Under the pieces are notes generated by a model that was not told the DNA's origin, made no database searches, and saw nothing but the letters and a program-made list of their open reading frames with translations. Made by a program: the position numbers and the translations under genes. Shown one piece after another: positions 16,654-25,636 of a stretch of 46,845 nucleotides of DNA (position 1 is the stretch's first letter; each line of letters begins with the position of its first letter). The DNA comes from Thermoanaerobaculia bacterium (GTDB taxonomy: Bacteria; Acidobacteriota; Thermoanaerobaculia; Gp7-AA8). The DNA lies in assembly GCA_050745405.1 (NCBI GenBank), contig JBOGJQ010000286.1, positions 1 through 46,845 of the forward strand, in the 5' to 3' direction.

Positions 16654-17489
16654 CGGTCGAGATCGTCCTCGGTCGTGTGGCGCGCGATCGTGTCGAGGAG
16701 GCCGCGGTGAACGCCGGCCGACGCGCCGATGATGTTGCCGCGCTCCCAGAACCGTTCCCCGCCGCCGAAGTCGCTCACGACGCCTCCCGCTTCGCGCACG
16801 AGGAGGGCGCCCGCGGCGACGTCCCACGGCGCGAGATGGACCTCGAAGAACCCGTCGAAGATCCCGGCGGCGGTGTACGCGAGGTCGAGCGCGGCCGATC
16901 CGGCGCGCCGTACCCCCTTCGCCGTCCGGACGACGTCTTCGAAGATGCGGACGTACGCGCTGACGAACTTCTGCGCGCGAAAGGGAAACCCGGTGGCGAG
17001 GAACGATCCTTCGAGCGTCTGCTGCGCGCTGACCGTCATCCGAACTTCGTTGCGGAACGCGCCGCCGCCCTTCTCGGTGGCGAACATGTCGTCGCGCAGG
17101 GGATCGTGAACGACGCCCACCACGGTTTCGTCGCCGTCGCGCAGCGCGATCGACACGCTCCAGAAGGGGAAGTGCTGCAGGTAATTCGACGTGCCGTCGA
17201 GCGGATCGATGACCCAGACGCGCTTCGAGCTCGAGGCGCCGGCGAGGGCCTGTCGTCCTCCCTCTTCCCCGAGGCAGACGTCGTGCGGACAGACGTCGTG
17301 GATGAACTCGATGATCGCGGCCTCGCTCTCGCGATCCGCGCGCGAGACCCAATCGTTCCGCGCCTTGACGTGCGCGTGCTCTTTGCCGAGCTGCTGCCAG
17401 TGTCCCAGCAGGATGTCGGCGCCGACGCGTGCCGCCTGGATTGCGATCTCCAACGGTTCCAACGTCCCTCCTCGAGTGCCGCCGCGCAT
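16650..17489 (-). CDS. suhB: Inositol monophosphatase family protein (SuhB-like, 279 aa)
   Basis: WVIDPLDGTSNY, a GEEGG-type metal site, WDVAAG and GALLVREAGG motifs. Only the C-terminal 279 codons of the 1110-aa track ORF are credible. Confidence 0.85.
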   Translation of the reverse strand: MRGGTRGGTLEPLEIAIQAARVGADILLGHWQQLGKEHAHVKARNDWVSRADRESEAAIIEFIHDVCPHDVCLGEEGGRQALAGASSSKRVWVIDPLDGTSNYLQHFPFWSVSIALRDGDETVVGVVHDPLRDDMFATEKGGGAFRNEVRMTVSAQQTLEGSFLATGFPFRAQKFVSAYVRIFEDVVRTAKGVRRAGSAALDLAYTAAGIFDGFFEVHLAPWDVAAGALLVREAGGVVSDFGGGERFWERGNIIGASAGVHRGLLDTIARHTTEDDLDR

Positions 17490-17567
17490 TCTAGTGGACA
17501 CCCGGCGGCCCTCCTTGCGTCCACGCGACCGTTCAGTTAGCGTGCCTTCGGTCCGAAATCCCGAACC

Positions 17568-19919
17568 GTGACGACGCGAACGATCGCGCAGTATCGGATT
17601 CTCAAGGCCTTGGGTGCGGGGGGCATGGGGGAGGTCTACCTGGCCGAGGACGAGCGGCTCGGCCGGGAGGTCGCGCTCAAAGTCCTCCCCTCGAGCGCCC
17701 TCGACGATCCGGCCCGCCGGCGCGCCTTCCAGCGCGAGGCGCGCGTGGTCTCGTCCCTGTCCCACCCCGCGATCATCACGATCTACGATCTCGGTGCGGA
17801 CGGCGAGACGGACTACATGGTGACCGAGTTCGTCGACGGACGAACGCTCCGCGAGCTGATGGACTCGGGCCCTCCGCTGTCGGTCCTCGACGCGGTCCAC
17901 GTCGCCGTCGCGGTGACCGAGGCTCTCGCCGCCGCGCACGAGGTCGGCGTCATCCACAGGGACATCAAGCCCGAGAACATCATGGTGCGCGACGACGGGT
18001 ACGTGAAGGTGCTCGACTTCGGGGTCGCGCGCCTGTTGCGGCGCCGCGGTGAGGGGAGCGAAGCGGGCGTCATGTACGGCACGCTTCCGTACACGGCGCC
18101 GGAGCTGATCGTCGGCGCGAAGGCCGACGCGCGGAGCGATCTGTTCAGCCTCGGGGTCGTGCTCTACGAGCTGCTCGCGGGAGAGGTCCCCTTCGAGCGC
18201 GACGCCGCCGCGGGCGCGGAGAAGGTCTCGATCCCGCCGCTGCGGCGGGTGAACCGCAGCGTGCCCGAAGAGCTCGAGCGGATCGTCATGCGCCTGCTGC
18301 GGAAGGAACGGACGGAGCGCTTCCAGAGCGCGGGCGAGCTTCTCGGCGCGCTCGAAGGCGTGCGGCGGGAGCTCGAGGCCGCGCGCGTCCGCCGCGTCAC
18401 ACGGACGCTCCCGGTGCTGTCGTTCCGCTCCCCTCCGGAGGAGTCGGTCGGCCTGTCGATTCCGCGCGGAATGCGGCGGATCGGAGCGGGCCTCCTTCTG
18501 ATCGCGACTCTGCTCGCGGCCGGTGCGTGGATCATCGCGCAGCGCGGGGAGACGCGGTCGTACGAGCGCGTCGCCGTCCTGCCGTTCGAGGCGGACGAGG
18601 AGTGGCTCGCCATCGCCGACGGCATGACCGACTCGCTGATCCAGGAGCTGTCGCGTCTTCCTCACCTCCGCGTCATCGCGCGCAGCAGCGCCTATCGCTA
18701 CCGCGACTCGTCGCTCGATCCCCGTCGCGTCGGGCGCGCCCTCGGGGCGGACGCCGTCGTGACCGGGTCGATCGAAACCGCGGGCGACGGCGTTCAGGTG
18801 CGCACGGAACTGATCGACGTGACCGCGGGGCACCGCATCTGGGGAGAGACGTACCGCCGTCCGACGCGGAGTTTGCTGGCCCTCGAGCAGCAGATGGTCG
18901 CGCAGATCGCCGAGGAGCTGCGGACCGCGATCACGGACGCGCGGCAGGTGTCGGCCAGTCCCGAGGCGCACCGGCTGTACCTCGAGGGACGGCATCACTG
19001 GAACGAGCGGACGCGCGAGGGATTCACGAAGGCGATCGCGTCCTTCGAGAAGGCGATCGCGCTCGATCCCTCGTTCGCCCTCGCGCACGCGGGCCTCGCC
19101 GACGCTCACAACCTCCTCGGCACCTATGCCGACCGGCCACCGAGCGACACGTTCCCGGTCGCCAAGGCCGCGGCGCTCCGCGCCCTCGAGCTCGACCCGA
19201 CTCTCGCCGAGGCGCACACCTCCCTCGCCTACGCACTGCAGAACTACGATTGGAACTGGGACGCGGCGGAGAAGGAGTACCGCGCCGCGCTCGAGCTCAG
19301 CCCGAGCTACGCGGTCGCGCATCACTGGTACGGCGGTTTCCTCATGCTCCTCGGACGCTTCGACGAAGCGATCGAGCATCGCATCGCCGCCTCGCGTCTC
19401 GATCCCCTCTCGACGCCGATCCAGGCCGCCGTCGGCTCGCCCTACTTCCTCGCACGCCGGTACGACCGCGCCGTCGAGATCTACCGGAAGGCCATCGCGA
19501 TGGACCCGGCCTACGCGCGCGGCCATCTCGCCCTCGGGTGGGCGCTTCTTCTCCAGGGGCGGCTCGAGGAGGGGATTCGCGCGATCGACCGGGCCCACGA
19601 GCTCTCGAACCGCTCGTTCGAGACGCTCGGCTTCCGCGCATACGCCTACGCGAAGGCGGGCCGCCGCGAGGAAGCCGAACGCATCCTCCGGATCCTGCGC
19701 GCTGAGGCGCGAGAGAACTACATCGACCCCTACGAGTTCGCGCGGATCGAGATCGCCCTGGGACACCCGGAACGCGCGCTGACCGACCTGGAGCACGCGT
19801 ATGGGATCCGCTCGAACCTGATGCTCAACCTCAAAGTGGACCCCTCGCTCGATCCGGTCCGCGCCGATCCGCGGTTTCAGGAGCTCCTGCGGAAGATGAA
19901 TTTCCCGGAGAGCCGCTAA
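17568..19919 (+). CDS. Ser/Thr protein kinase with transmembrane segment, TolB-N-like module and C-terminal TPR repeats (783 aa)
   Basis: Hanks-kinase motifs GAGGMGEVY, VALKVL, HRDIKPENIMV, DFGVAR, and TLPYTAPE. The C-terminal half contains multiple TPR-like repeats. Confidence 0.85.
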   Translation: MTTRTIAQYRILKALGAGGMGEVYLAEDERLGREVALKVLPSSALDDPARRRAFQREARVVSSLSHPAIITIYDLGADGETDYMVTEFVDGRTLRELMDSGPPLSVLDAVHVAVAVTEALAAAHEVGVIHRDIKPENIMVRDDGYVKVLDFGVARLLRRRGEGSEAGVMYGTLPYTAPELIVGAKADARSDLFSLGVVLYELLAGEVPFERDAAAGAEKVSIPPLRRVNRSVPEELERIVMRLLRKERTERFQSAGELLGALEGVRRELEAARVRRVTRTLPVLSFRSPPEESVGLSIPRGMRRIGAGLLLIATLLAAGAWIIAQRGETRSYERVAVLPFEADEEWLAIADGMTDSLIQELSRLPHLRVIARSSAYRYRDSSLDPRRVGRALGADAVVTGSIETAGDGVQVRTELIDVTAGHRIWGETYRRPTRSLLALEQQMVAQIAEELRTAITDARQVSASPEAHRLYLEGRHHWNERTREGFTKAIASFEKAIALDPSFALAHAGLADAHNLLGTYADRPPSDTFPVAKAAALRALELDPTLAEAHTSLAYALQNYDWNWDAAEKEYRAALELSPSYAVAHHWYGGFLMLLGRFDEAIEHRIAASRLDPLSTPIQAAVGSPYFLARRYDRAVEIYRKAIAMDPAYARGHLALGWALLLQGRLEEGIRAIDRAHELSNRSFETLGFRAYAYAKAGRREEAERILRILRAEARENYIDPYEFARIEIALGHPERALTDLEHAYGIRSNLMLNLKVDPSLDPVRADPRFQELLRKMNFPESR

Positions 19920-19960
19920 GAGATGGAAAAAGTTGCGGGAGGGAAGGCAAGAATTTCTCG

Positions 19961-20048
19961 TATTAGGACATATGGGACGCATAGGACGTATAGGACATAT
20001 AGGACGTATAGGACGGGTGGGCGGCGGGTCCTATTGGTCCTACGTCCT
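19961..20048. repeat. Core-less tandem-repeat hairpin: 6 x 9-mer (RTATAGGAC) + G-rich loop + 2 complementary 9-mers (GTCCTAYNG)
   Basis: Read directly. It has the same unit family as 28628-28696. Confidence 0.85.
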
Positions 20049-20256
20049 CCCTCCACTGGCCCGCTTCGTGCAGAACACGCCCTCATCATGCAAACGATCT
20101 CGAGTCGTGGTTTCGAGACCGTGCCGCGCGAATCCAGCCTGAATGTTCGCGCTAAGTGGCCGCTGCGGTCCCGCATCGATGATTGGACCGATTTTGGACG
20201 ATTGTTCTTTTAGGACTTCCCTTTAAAGCCCCTCCAAATTGCCGCAGTGGTCCGAC

Positions 20257-20293
20257 TTCGCAGCCGTGAGCAATCGCGGCTGCGAATGTTTTT
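20257..20293 (+). terminator. Intrinsic-terminator-like hairpin 25 nt upstream of polA
   Basis: Perfect 10-bp stem TTCGCAGCCG / CGGCTGCGAA followed by TGTTTTT. Confidence 0.6.
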
Positions 20294-20317
20294 GGGCCCC
20301 GATACAATCCAGCTCCC

Positions 20318-22960
20318 ATGAGCGCCTACCGCGGACGCCTCTTTCTCATCGACGGCTCGAACAACCTGTACCGGTCCTACTACGCGATCCGCGGCCTGAC
20401 GACGTCGTCGGGGATGGCGACCAACGCCGTCTACGGCTTCATCCAGATGCTCCGGAAGCTGCTCAAGGATCACGAGCCGGACGCCGTTGCCGTCGCCTTC
20501 GACGTCGGGACGCCGACGTTCCGCCTCCAGCAGTACGTCGATTACAAGAAGGACAGGAAGCCGATGCCGGACGATCTGTCCGTTCAGGTTCCGCTCGTGC
20601 GGCAGGCGATCGAAGGTCTCGGCATCCCGATCCTCGACGACATCACGGACTACGAGGCGGACGACGTGATCGGCACGATCGCGTGCCGCGGGCGGGACGC
20701 GGGATGGGAAGTGGTCATCGCGACGTCCGACAAGGACTTCTTCCAGCTCGTCGGCAACGGGATTCTGCTCTACCACACCGGACGCGAGGTGCTGTACGAC
20801 GGCGACGGCGTGCGCGAGGCGTTCGGTCTGCCGCCGGAGAAGGTCGTCGACGTCATGGCACTCTGGGGCGACGCGATCGACAACATCCCGGGTGTTCCGG
20901 GGATCGGCGAGAAATCGGCGAAAGCGCTCATCGAGGAGTTCGGGTCGATCGACGCGCTGTACGCGCGGATCGACGACGTGAAGAAGCCGTCGCAGCGGAA
21001 GGCGCTCACGGAGAACCGCGACAAGGCGTTTCTCTCGCGCGACCTCGTCCGGATCCAGTGCGATCTTCCCGTCTCCGTCGACTTCGAGGCGTTCCGCCGG
21101 CGCGAGCCGGACCGCGGGAAGCTGCACGAGCTGTTCTCGCGGCTCGAGTTTCATTCGCTGCTGCAGGAGTTCCTGCCGGAGGAGACCCGGAAGGTCGAGC
21201 GGACGTGGCACTCTGTGGCGACGCACGAGGAGCTCGCCGCCTGGCTCGCGGCGGCCGCGGATCCCATCGCGCTCCACTTCGAGCCTGACGGGACCGGACA
21301 CGACCTCGAGGCGGTCACGCTCTCGGCCGAGCCGGGACGGGCGATCGTCGCCCCGCTCGCGAACCGCCTCGGGGCGACCGACGCGCTGCGCGACGACGTG
21401 CGGGCCCTCCTCGGCTCCGGCCGCCGCTTTCTCGCGCACGACGTGAAGGCCGAGCTGCGGAAGCTCCAGGGGGCGGGGTGGCCGCTGCCGGAGAATTTCG
21501 ACGATTCGATGATCGCCTCCTACGTGCTGCAGCCGGGCGCGTACGGACACACGCTCGAGATTCTCGCGCGCGAGCGCCTGCGCCGCGACGTGATCAGCCG
21601 GAAGGACCTCTACAAGGCGCTGATGGTATTCACGCTCGACGGCCCCGCGTGCGAATACCTCGGCGAAAAAGCGGAGATGGCGGTCTGCCTCTGGCGCGAG
21701 CTCGAGCCGCAGCTCGCGGGCGATCCAGAGCTGAGGAAGATCTACGACGAGATCGAGCTCCCTCTCATCCCCGTTCTCGCGCGGATGGAGCACCGCGGGA
21801 TCCGGATCGACGTCGACCTGCTCGCGGAAATGTCCGCCTCGATGGGCGCGCAGCTCGCCGCCGTGGAGAAGGAGATCTACGCGGAGGCCGGTCAGGAGTT
21901 CAACATCAACTCGCCGCAGCAGCTCGCGACGATCCTCTTCGAGAAGCTGCAGTACCCGGCTCTGAAGAAGACGCAGAAGACGAAGAGCGCGTCGACGGGA
22001 ATGGAGGTGCTCAAGGAACTCGCCTCCCATGGCTACGCGGTGCCGCGCCTCATCCTCGAGCACCGGGAGCTGCACAAGCTGAAGTCGACCTACGTCGACG
22101 CGCTCCCGCAACTCGTCGGCGAGGACGGTCGCGTGCACACGACGTTCAATCAGGCGGTCGCGGCGACCGGCCGCCTCTCCTCGTCCGATCCGAACCTGCA
22201 GAACATTCCGATCCGCACCGAGTCGGGGCGGGCGATCCGCCGCGCGTTCATCGCGGACGAGGGCAACGTCCTGCTCGGCGCGGACTACTCGCAGATCGAG
22301 CGCCGGGTGCTGGCGCACATGACCGAGGACGCGGATCTGATCGACGCGTTCCGCCGCGGCGTCGACATCCACAGGGCGACGGCCGCGAAGATCTTCAACC
22401 GGCCGGAGGACGAGGTGACCCCGGAGCAGCGGCGCGCGTCGAAAACGATCAACTTCGGCGTTCTCTACGGAATGTCCGCCTTCCGCCTGGCGCACGAGTT
22501 GAACATCTCGCAGGGGGAGGCGAAGGAGTTCATCGAATCCTATTTCGCGCGGTACCCGACGATCCGTGATTACCTCGACCGCACGCTCGACGAAGCGCGG
22601 CGCACGGGGAAGGTCACGACGCTGTTCGGCCGGGTGCGGTACATCCCGGAGATTCACAACCGCTCGTGGACGGTGCGCGGAAACGCGGAACGGATGGCGA
22701 CGAACGCGCCGATCCAGGGAACGGCCGCGGACCTTCTCAAGCTCGCGATGGTCCGCCTCGACGGCGTGCTCGCGAGCGAGGCGCCATCGGCGCAGATGCT
22801 TCTGACCGTGCATGACGAGATCGTGGTCGAGGTGCCGGAGCGGGACATCGCGCGGGTGGAGCCGGTCGTGAGGAGCACGATGGAGAGCATTTTTCCTCTG
22901 GCGGTCCCGCTCGCGGTCGACACCGGGTGGGGACGGAGCTGGTTCGAGGCGAAAGAATGA
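20318..22960 (+). CDS. polA: DNA polymerase I (5'-nuclease + 3'-5' exonuclease-like + polymerase domains, 880 aa)
   Basis: LFLIDGSNNLYRSYYA (5'-nuclease domain), plus polymerase motifs RRASKTINFGVLYGMSAF and LLTVHDEIVVE. Confidence 0.95.
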   Translation: MSAYRGRLFLIDGSNNLYRSYYAIRGLTTSSGMATNAVYGFIQMLRKLLKDHEPDAVAVAFDVGTPTFRLQQYVDYKKDRKPMPDDLSVQVPLVRQAIEGLGIPILDDITDYEADDVIGTIACRGRDAGWEVVIATSDKDFFQLVGNGILLYHTGREVLYDGDGVREAFGLPPEKVVDVMALWGDAIDNIPGVPGIGEKSAKALIEEFGSIDALYARIDDVKKPSQRKALTENRDKAFLSRDLVRIQCDLPVSVDFEAFRRREPDRGKLHELFSRLEFHSLLQEFLPEETRKVERTWHSVATHEELAAWLAAAADPIALHFEPDGTGHDLEAVTLSAEPGRAIVAPLANRLGATDALRDDVRALLGSGRRFLAHDVKAELRKLQGAGWPLPENFDDSMIASYVLQPGAYGHTLEILARERLRRDVISRKDLYKALMVFTLDGPACEYLGEKAEMAVCLWRELEPQLAGDPELRKIYDEIELPLIPVLARMEHRGIRIDVDLLAEMSASMGAQLAAVEKEIYAEAGQEFNINSPQQLATILFEKLQYPALKKTQKTKSASTGMEVLKELASHGYAVPRLILEHRELHKLKSTYVDALPQLVGEDGRVHTTFNQAVAATGRLSSSDPNLQNIPIRTESGRAIRRAFIADEGNVLLGADYSQIERRVLAHMTEDADLIDAFRRGVDIHRATAAKIFNRPEDEVTPEQRRASKTINFGVLYGMSAFRLAHELNISQGEAKEFIESYFARYPTIRDYLDRTLDEARRTGKVTTLFGRVRYIPEIHNRSWTVRGNAERMATNAPIQGTAADLLKLAMVRLDGVLASEAPSAQMLLTVHDEIVVEVPERDIARVEPVVRSTMESIFPLAVPLAVDTGWGRSWFEAKE

Positions 22961-23760
22961 GGATGTCCGGCGCGGTCCTCGGCGCCGCGCTCCTCGTCGC
23001 CTGCGCGAACCCGCCGTCGCTTCCTCCCTCCGCCGCCCGCCCCGCCCCCCGCCCCGCGCGCGGTCCCACGGTCGAAGCGACCGTGCTGACGATCCGCGCA
23101 AGCTCCCATCCTCCCACCCGCGCGCTGCTCCATCGCATCGTCGTCTCCGGCTCGCAGGTCCGGATGACGGACGAGCTCGACCGGTGGCGCCTGTTCGACC
23201 TCGACGCGAAGACCGTCACGTGGGTCGACGACATCGCGAAGACGACGCGAACCGTCCCGCTCGACGACCTCGTGCAGCGGCGGAGACGCCAGCTCGCGCA
23301 ACCCGTCCCCGCCACCATCCGCGCCGTCTCGATCCGCCGCACCGACGAAATCGGCACGATCGCCGGCGTCGAAGCGGAGAAGTGGGTGATGGAGCTCGGC
23401 GGCTATACGCGCGAGCTCTGGATCTCGCGCGAGCCGCTCGTCACGCCCGACTTCCTCCGGATGTGGATCGCCTCCGATCCGATCGACGAGCCCTGGGCCG
23501 GCGTCATGCGCCACGTCCATCGCACGCTGATGAGCCTCGAAGGATTTCCCGTCTCCGATCGCAGCGTCATACAGTGGGAAGGGGGCGAGACGCTCGCGCA
23601 ACGCCGGCTCGTCGGCATCGAGACCAAGCGCGTGCCCGCGGCGCTCTTCCGCGTCCCGGGCGATTACACGGACGTCACTCCTCCCGCCCTACGATCTCGC
23701 GATGGTCGCCAATCCTCCTCGTCACGCCGGCGCGGTCGAAGTGCTCGAGCAGCGGAATGA
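22957..23760 (+). CDS. Lipoprotein, DUF4412-like (hypothetical)
   Basis: Lipobox LLVAC. The ATG at 22957 overlaps the polA stop codon (ATGA). The last ~28 codons overlap the 3' end of selB on the other strand and are low-complexity. Confidence 0.55.
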   Translation: MRMSGAVLGAALLVACANPPSLPPSAARPAPRPARGPTVEATVLTIRASSHPPTRALLHRIVVSGSQVRMTDELDRWRLFDLDAKTVTWVDDIAKTTRTVPLDDLVQRRRRQLAQPVPATIRAVSIRRTDEIGTIAGVEAEKWVMELGGYTRELWISREPLVTPDFLRMWIASDPIDEPWAGVMRHVHRTLMSLEGFPVSDRSVIQWEGGETLAQRRLVGIETKRVPAALFRVPGDYTDVTPPALRSRDGRQSSSSRRRGRSARAAE

Positions 23761-25588
23761 CGACCTTCCTCGAAATCCCGTAGAGGTCCTTGAAGAAGGC
23801 GACGTCGACCATTTGGCCGCGGTGCGCCGCCGCGCGCCGGCGCGCCTCCGCCAGCACCTCGCGGTGGAGGTAGACGTTCTCCGCGAGCCGCACGAGCACG
23901 CCGGAGCGCGCGAGATAGCCGACCACCCCTTCGATCGTCTTCGGCCGCTGCGGGATCGAGCGGATCAGCTCCGACACGGGCGGTGGCGCGAGCCCCGCCT
24001 CCCGGAAACGGTCTTCGATCGCCCGCGCGAGCTCTCCTTCGGCGCCGGCGAGGCCCTGCGACCGCCCGGGCACATCGACGAGATCGCCGGAGACGCGCGC
24101 GATCGACTCCCGTTCGAGCTCGCCGAGGGCGAACTGCACGAGCTCCGGATCGGCGCCTTCGAGACGCACCTTCTGGAGAAAGGCGCTCTTCGGCATGCCG
24201 AGCGCCGTCCGGTTCGCGCGAAAGAACTCCTGCAGGACTTCCATCGCGGCCGTGCGGACGCGCCGGAGGACGTTCGCGTGAACGAAGCGGCGCGACGCGC
24301 CGCGGCCGATCGCGACGCAATCCTCGGGCGGCGATTCGAGCTCCGCGTCGAGCCGCGTCGCCGTGATTCCGGTGCGCGCGCGCAGATCGGCGATCGAGAT
24401 GCCGCTGGCGCCCGCGAGACGCGCGAGGACGGCGACGCGCGGAGCCAGCTCGGCCGAGCGGAGCGTCGCGACGACGTCCGCGGCCTGGCCGCCCTTCAGC
24501 TTTCGCAGGAGCGGATCGAGAATCGCGCCGCCGCCGATCGTCCGCGGCGGCGAGTAGCGACGGATGACGAACCGATCGCCGGCGAGGGCGACGGCCGGGG
24601 TCTCGAGATGGAACTGCACGGCGGCCCTTCCGCCCGGCACGATCTCGCGATCGGCGCCGGCGACGATCCGCACCTTGGCCATGACTTCGGCGGCGTGGAG
24701 GTGCAGACGCACGCGCGTTTCGTTCCGGAGGGGAGGCGCTCCGGCGAGAAGCTCGAGATCGGCGGTGAGGAGGGTCGAGGGGCGGAGCGCCGCCGGCGCC
24801 GCGAGCTGCTGGCCGCGCGCGAGCGCGTCGACCGGCACGTCGGCCAGATTGATCGACGTGCGCTCGCCCGCCTCGGCGCGCTGGCGCGGCGCGCCGTGGA
24901 CCTGGATGTTGCGCGCGCGCGTCCGCGTTCCCGCGGGTAGAATCTCGAGCTCGTCTCCCTCGCCGACCGCGCCGCTGATCGTCGTTCCGGTGACGACCGA
25001 GCCGAAGCCACGCATCGTGAAGGCGCGGTCGATCGGAAGACGGAAGACGCGTCCTTCCGCGTCGCGCGCCGGAGCCGCCGCGAGAACGGACCCCAGTGCG
25101 CCGCGGAGCTCCGCGATGCCGGCGCCGGTCGCGGCGCTCGTCGCCACGATCGGCCGCCCCGCGAGAAAGCTGTCGCGGACCATCTCTTCGACTTCGAGCC
25201 GCACGAGCTCGACGATCTCCGGCTCCACGAGATCCGTCTTCGTGATCGCGACGACGCCGGTCGGGATGCGGAGGAGGCGGCAGATGTCGAAATGCTCGCG
25301 CGTCTGGGGCTCGATCGATTCGTCCGCGGCGACGACGAGGAGCGCCGCGTCGATCCCGCCGACGCCGGCGTGCATGTTCCGCACGAACCTCTCGTGGCCG
25401 GGAACGTCGACGAACCCGATCTGGACATCGTCGAGAGCCAGGTGCGCGAAGCCGAGGTCGATCGTGATGCCGCGGCGCTTTTCTTCGGGGAGGCGGTCCG
25501 TGTCGACGCCGGTGAGGGCGCGGATCAGGGCGGTCTTGCCGTGGTCGATGTGACCGGCCGTGCCGACGATGCGGCGGTTCAGAGCCAT
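23675..25588 (-). CDS. selB: Selenocysteine-specific translation elongation factor
   Basis: GTPase domain GTAGHIDHGKTALIRALTG, DTDRLPEEKRRGITIDLGF, and DVPGHERF. It also has long C-terminal winged-helix domains. 637 aa. Confidence 0.9.
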   Translation of the reverse strand: MALNRRIVGTAGHIDHGKTALIRALTGVDTDRLPEEKRRGITIDLGFAHLALDDVQIGFVDVPGHERFVRNMHAGVGGIDAALLVVAADESIEPQTREHFDICRLLRIPTGVVAITKTDLVEPEIVELVRLEVEEMVRDSFLAGRPIVATSAATGAGIAELRGALGSVLAAAPARDAEGRVFRLPIDRAFTMRGFGSVVTGTTISGAVGEGDELEILPAGTRTRARNIQVHGAPRQRAEAGERTSINLADVPVDALARGQQLAAPAALRPSTLLTADLELLAGAPPLRNETRVRLHLHAAEVMAKVRIVAGADREIVPGGRAAVQFHLETPAVALAGDRFVIRRYSPPRTIGGGAILDPLLRKLKGGQAADVVATLRSAELAPRVAVLARLAGASGISIADLRARTGITATRLDAELESPPEDCVAIGRGASRRFVHANVLRRVRTAAMEVLQEFFRANRTALGMPKSAFLQKVRLEGADPELVQFALGELERESIARVSGDLVDVPGRSQGLAGAEGELARAIEDRFREAGLAPPPVSELIRSIPQRPKTIEGVVGYLARSGVLVRLAENVYLHREVLAEARRRAAAHRGQMVDVAFFKDLYGISRKVVIPLLEHFDRAGVTRRIGDHREIVGREE

Positions 25589-25636
25589 GCGACGTACGTT
25601 AGTCGAAACGGAGAAGGGGAGATAGCGGCGCGGGTG

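Noticed and set aside
17490-19982. Upstream ~830 codons of the 1110-aa minus-strand ORF (16650-19982)
   Set aside because: It is antisense to the Ser/Thr kinase gene and has no domain signatures. Only the last 279 codons (the SuhB-like part, with its own ATG and 4-nt coupling to mpg) are credible.
20210-23101. 963-aa minus-strand ORF
   Set aside because: It is antisense to polA, has an Arg-rich composition and contains no motifs.
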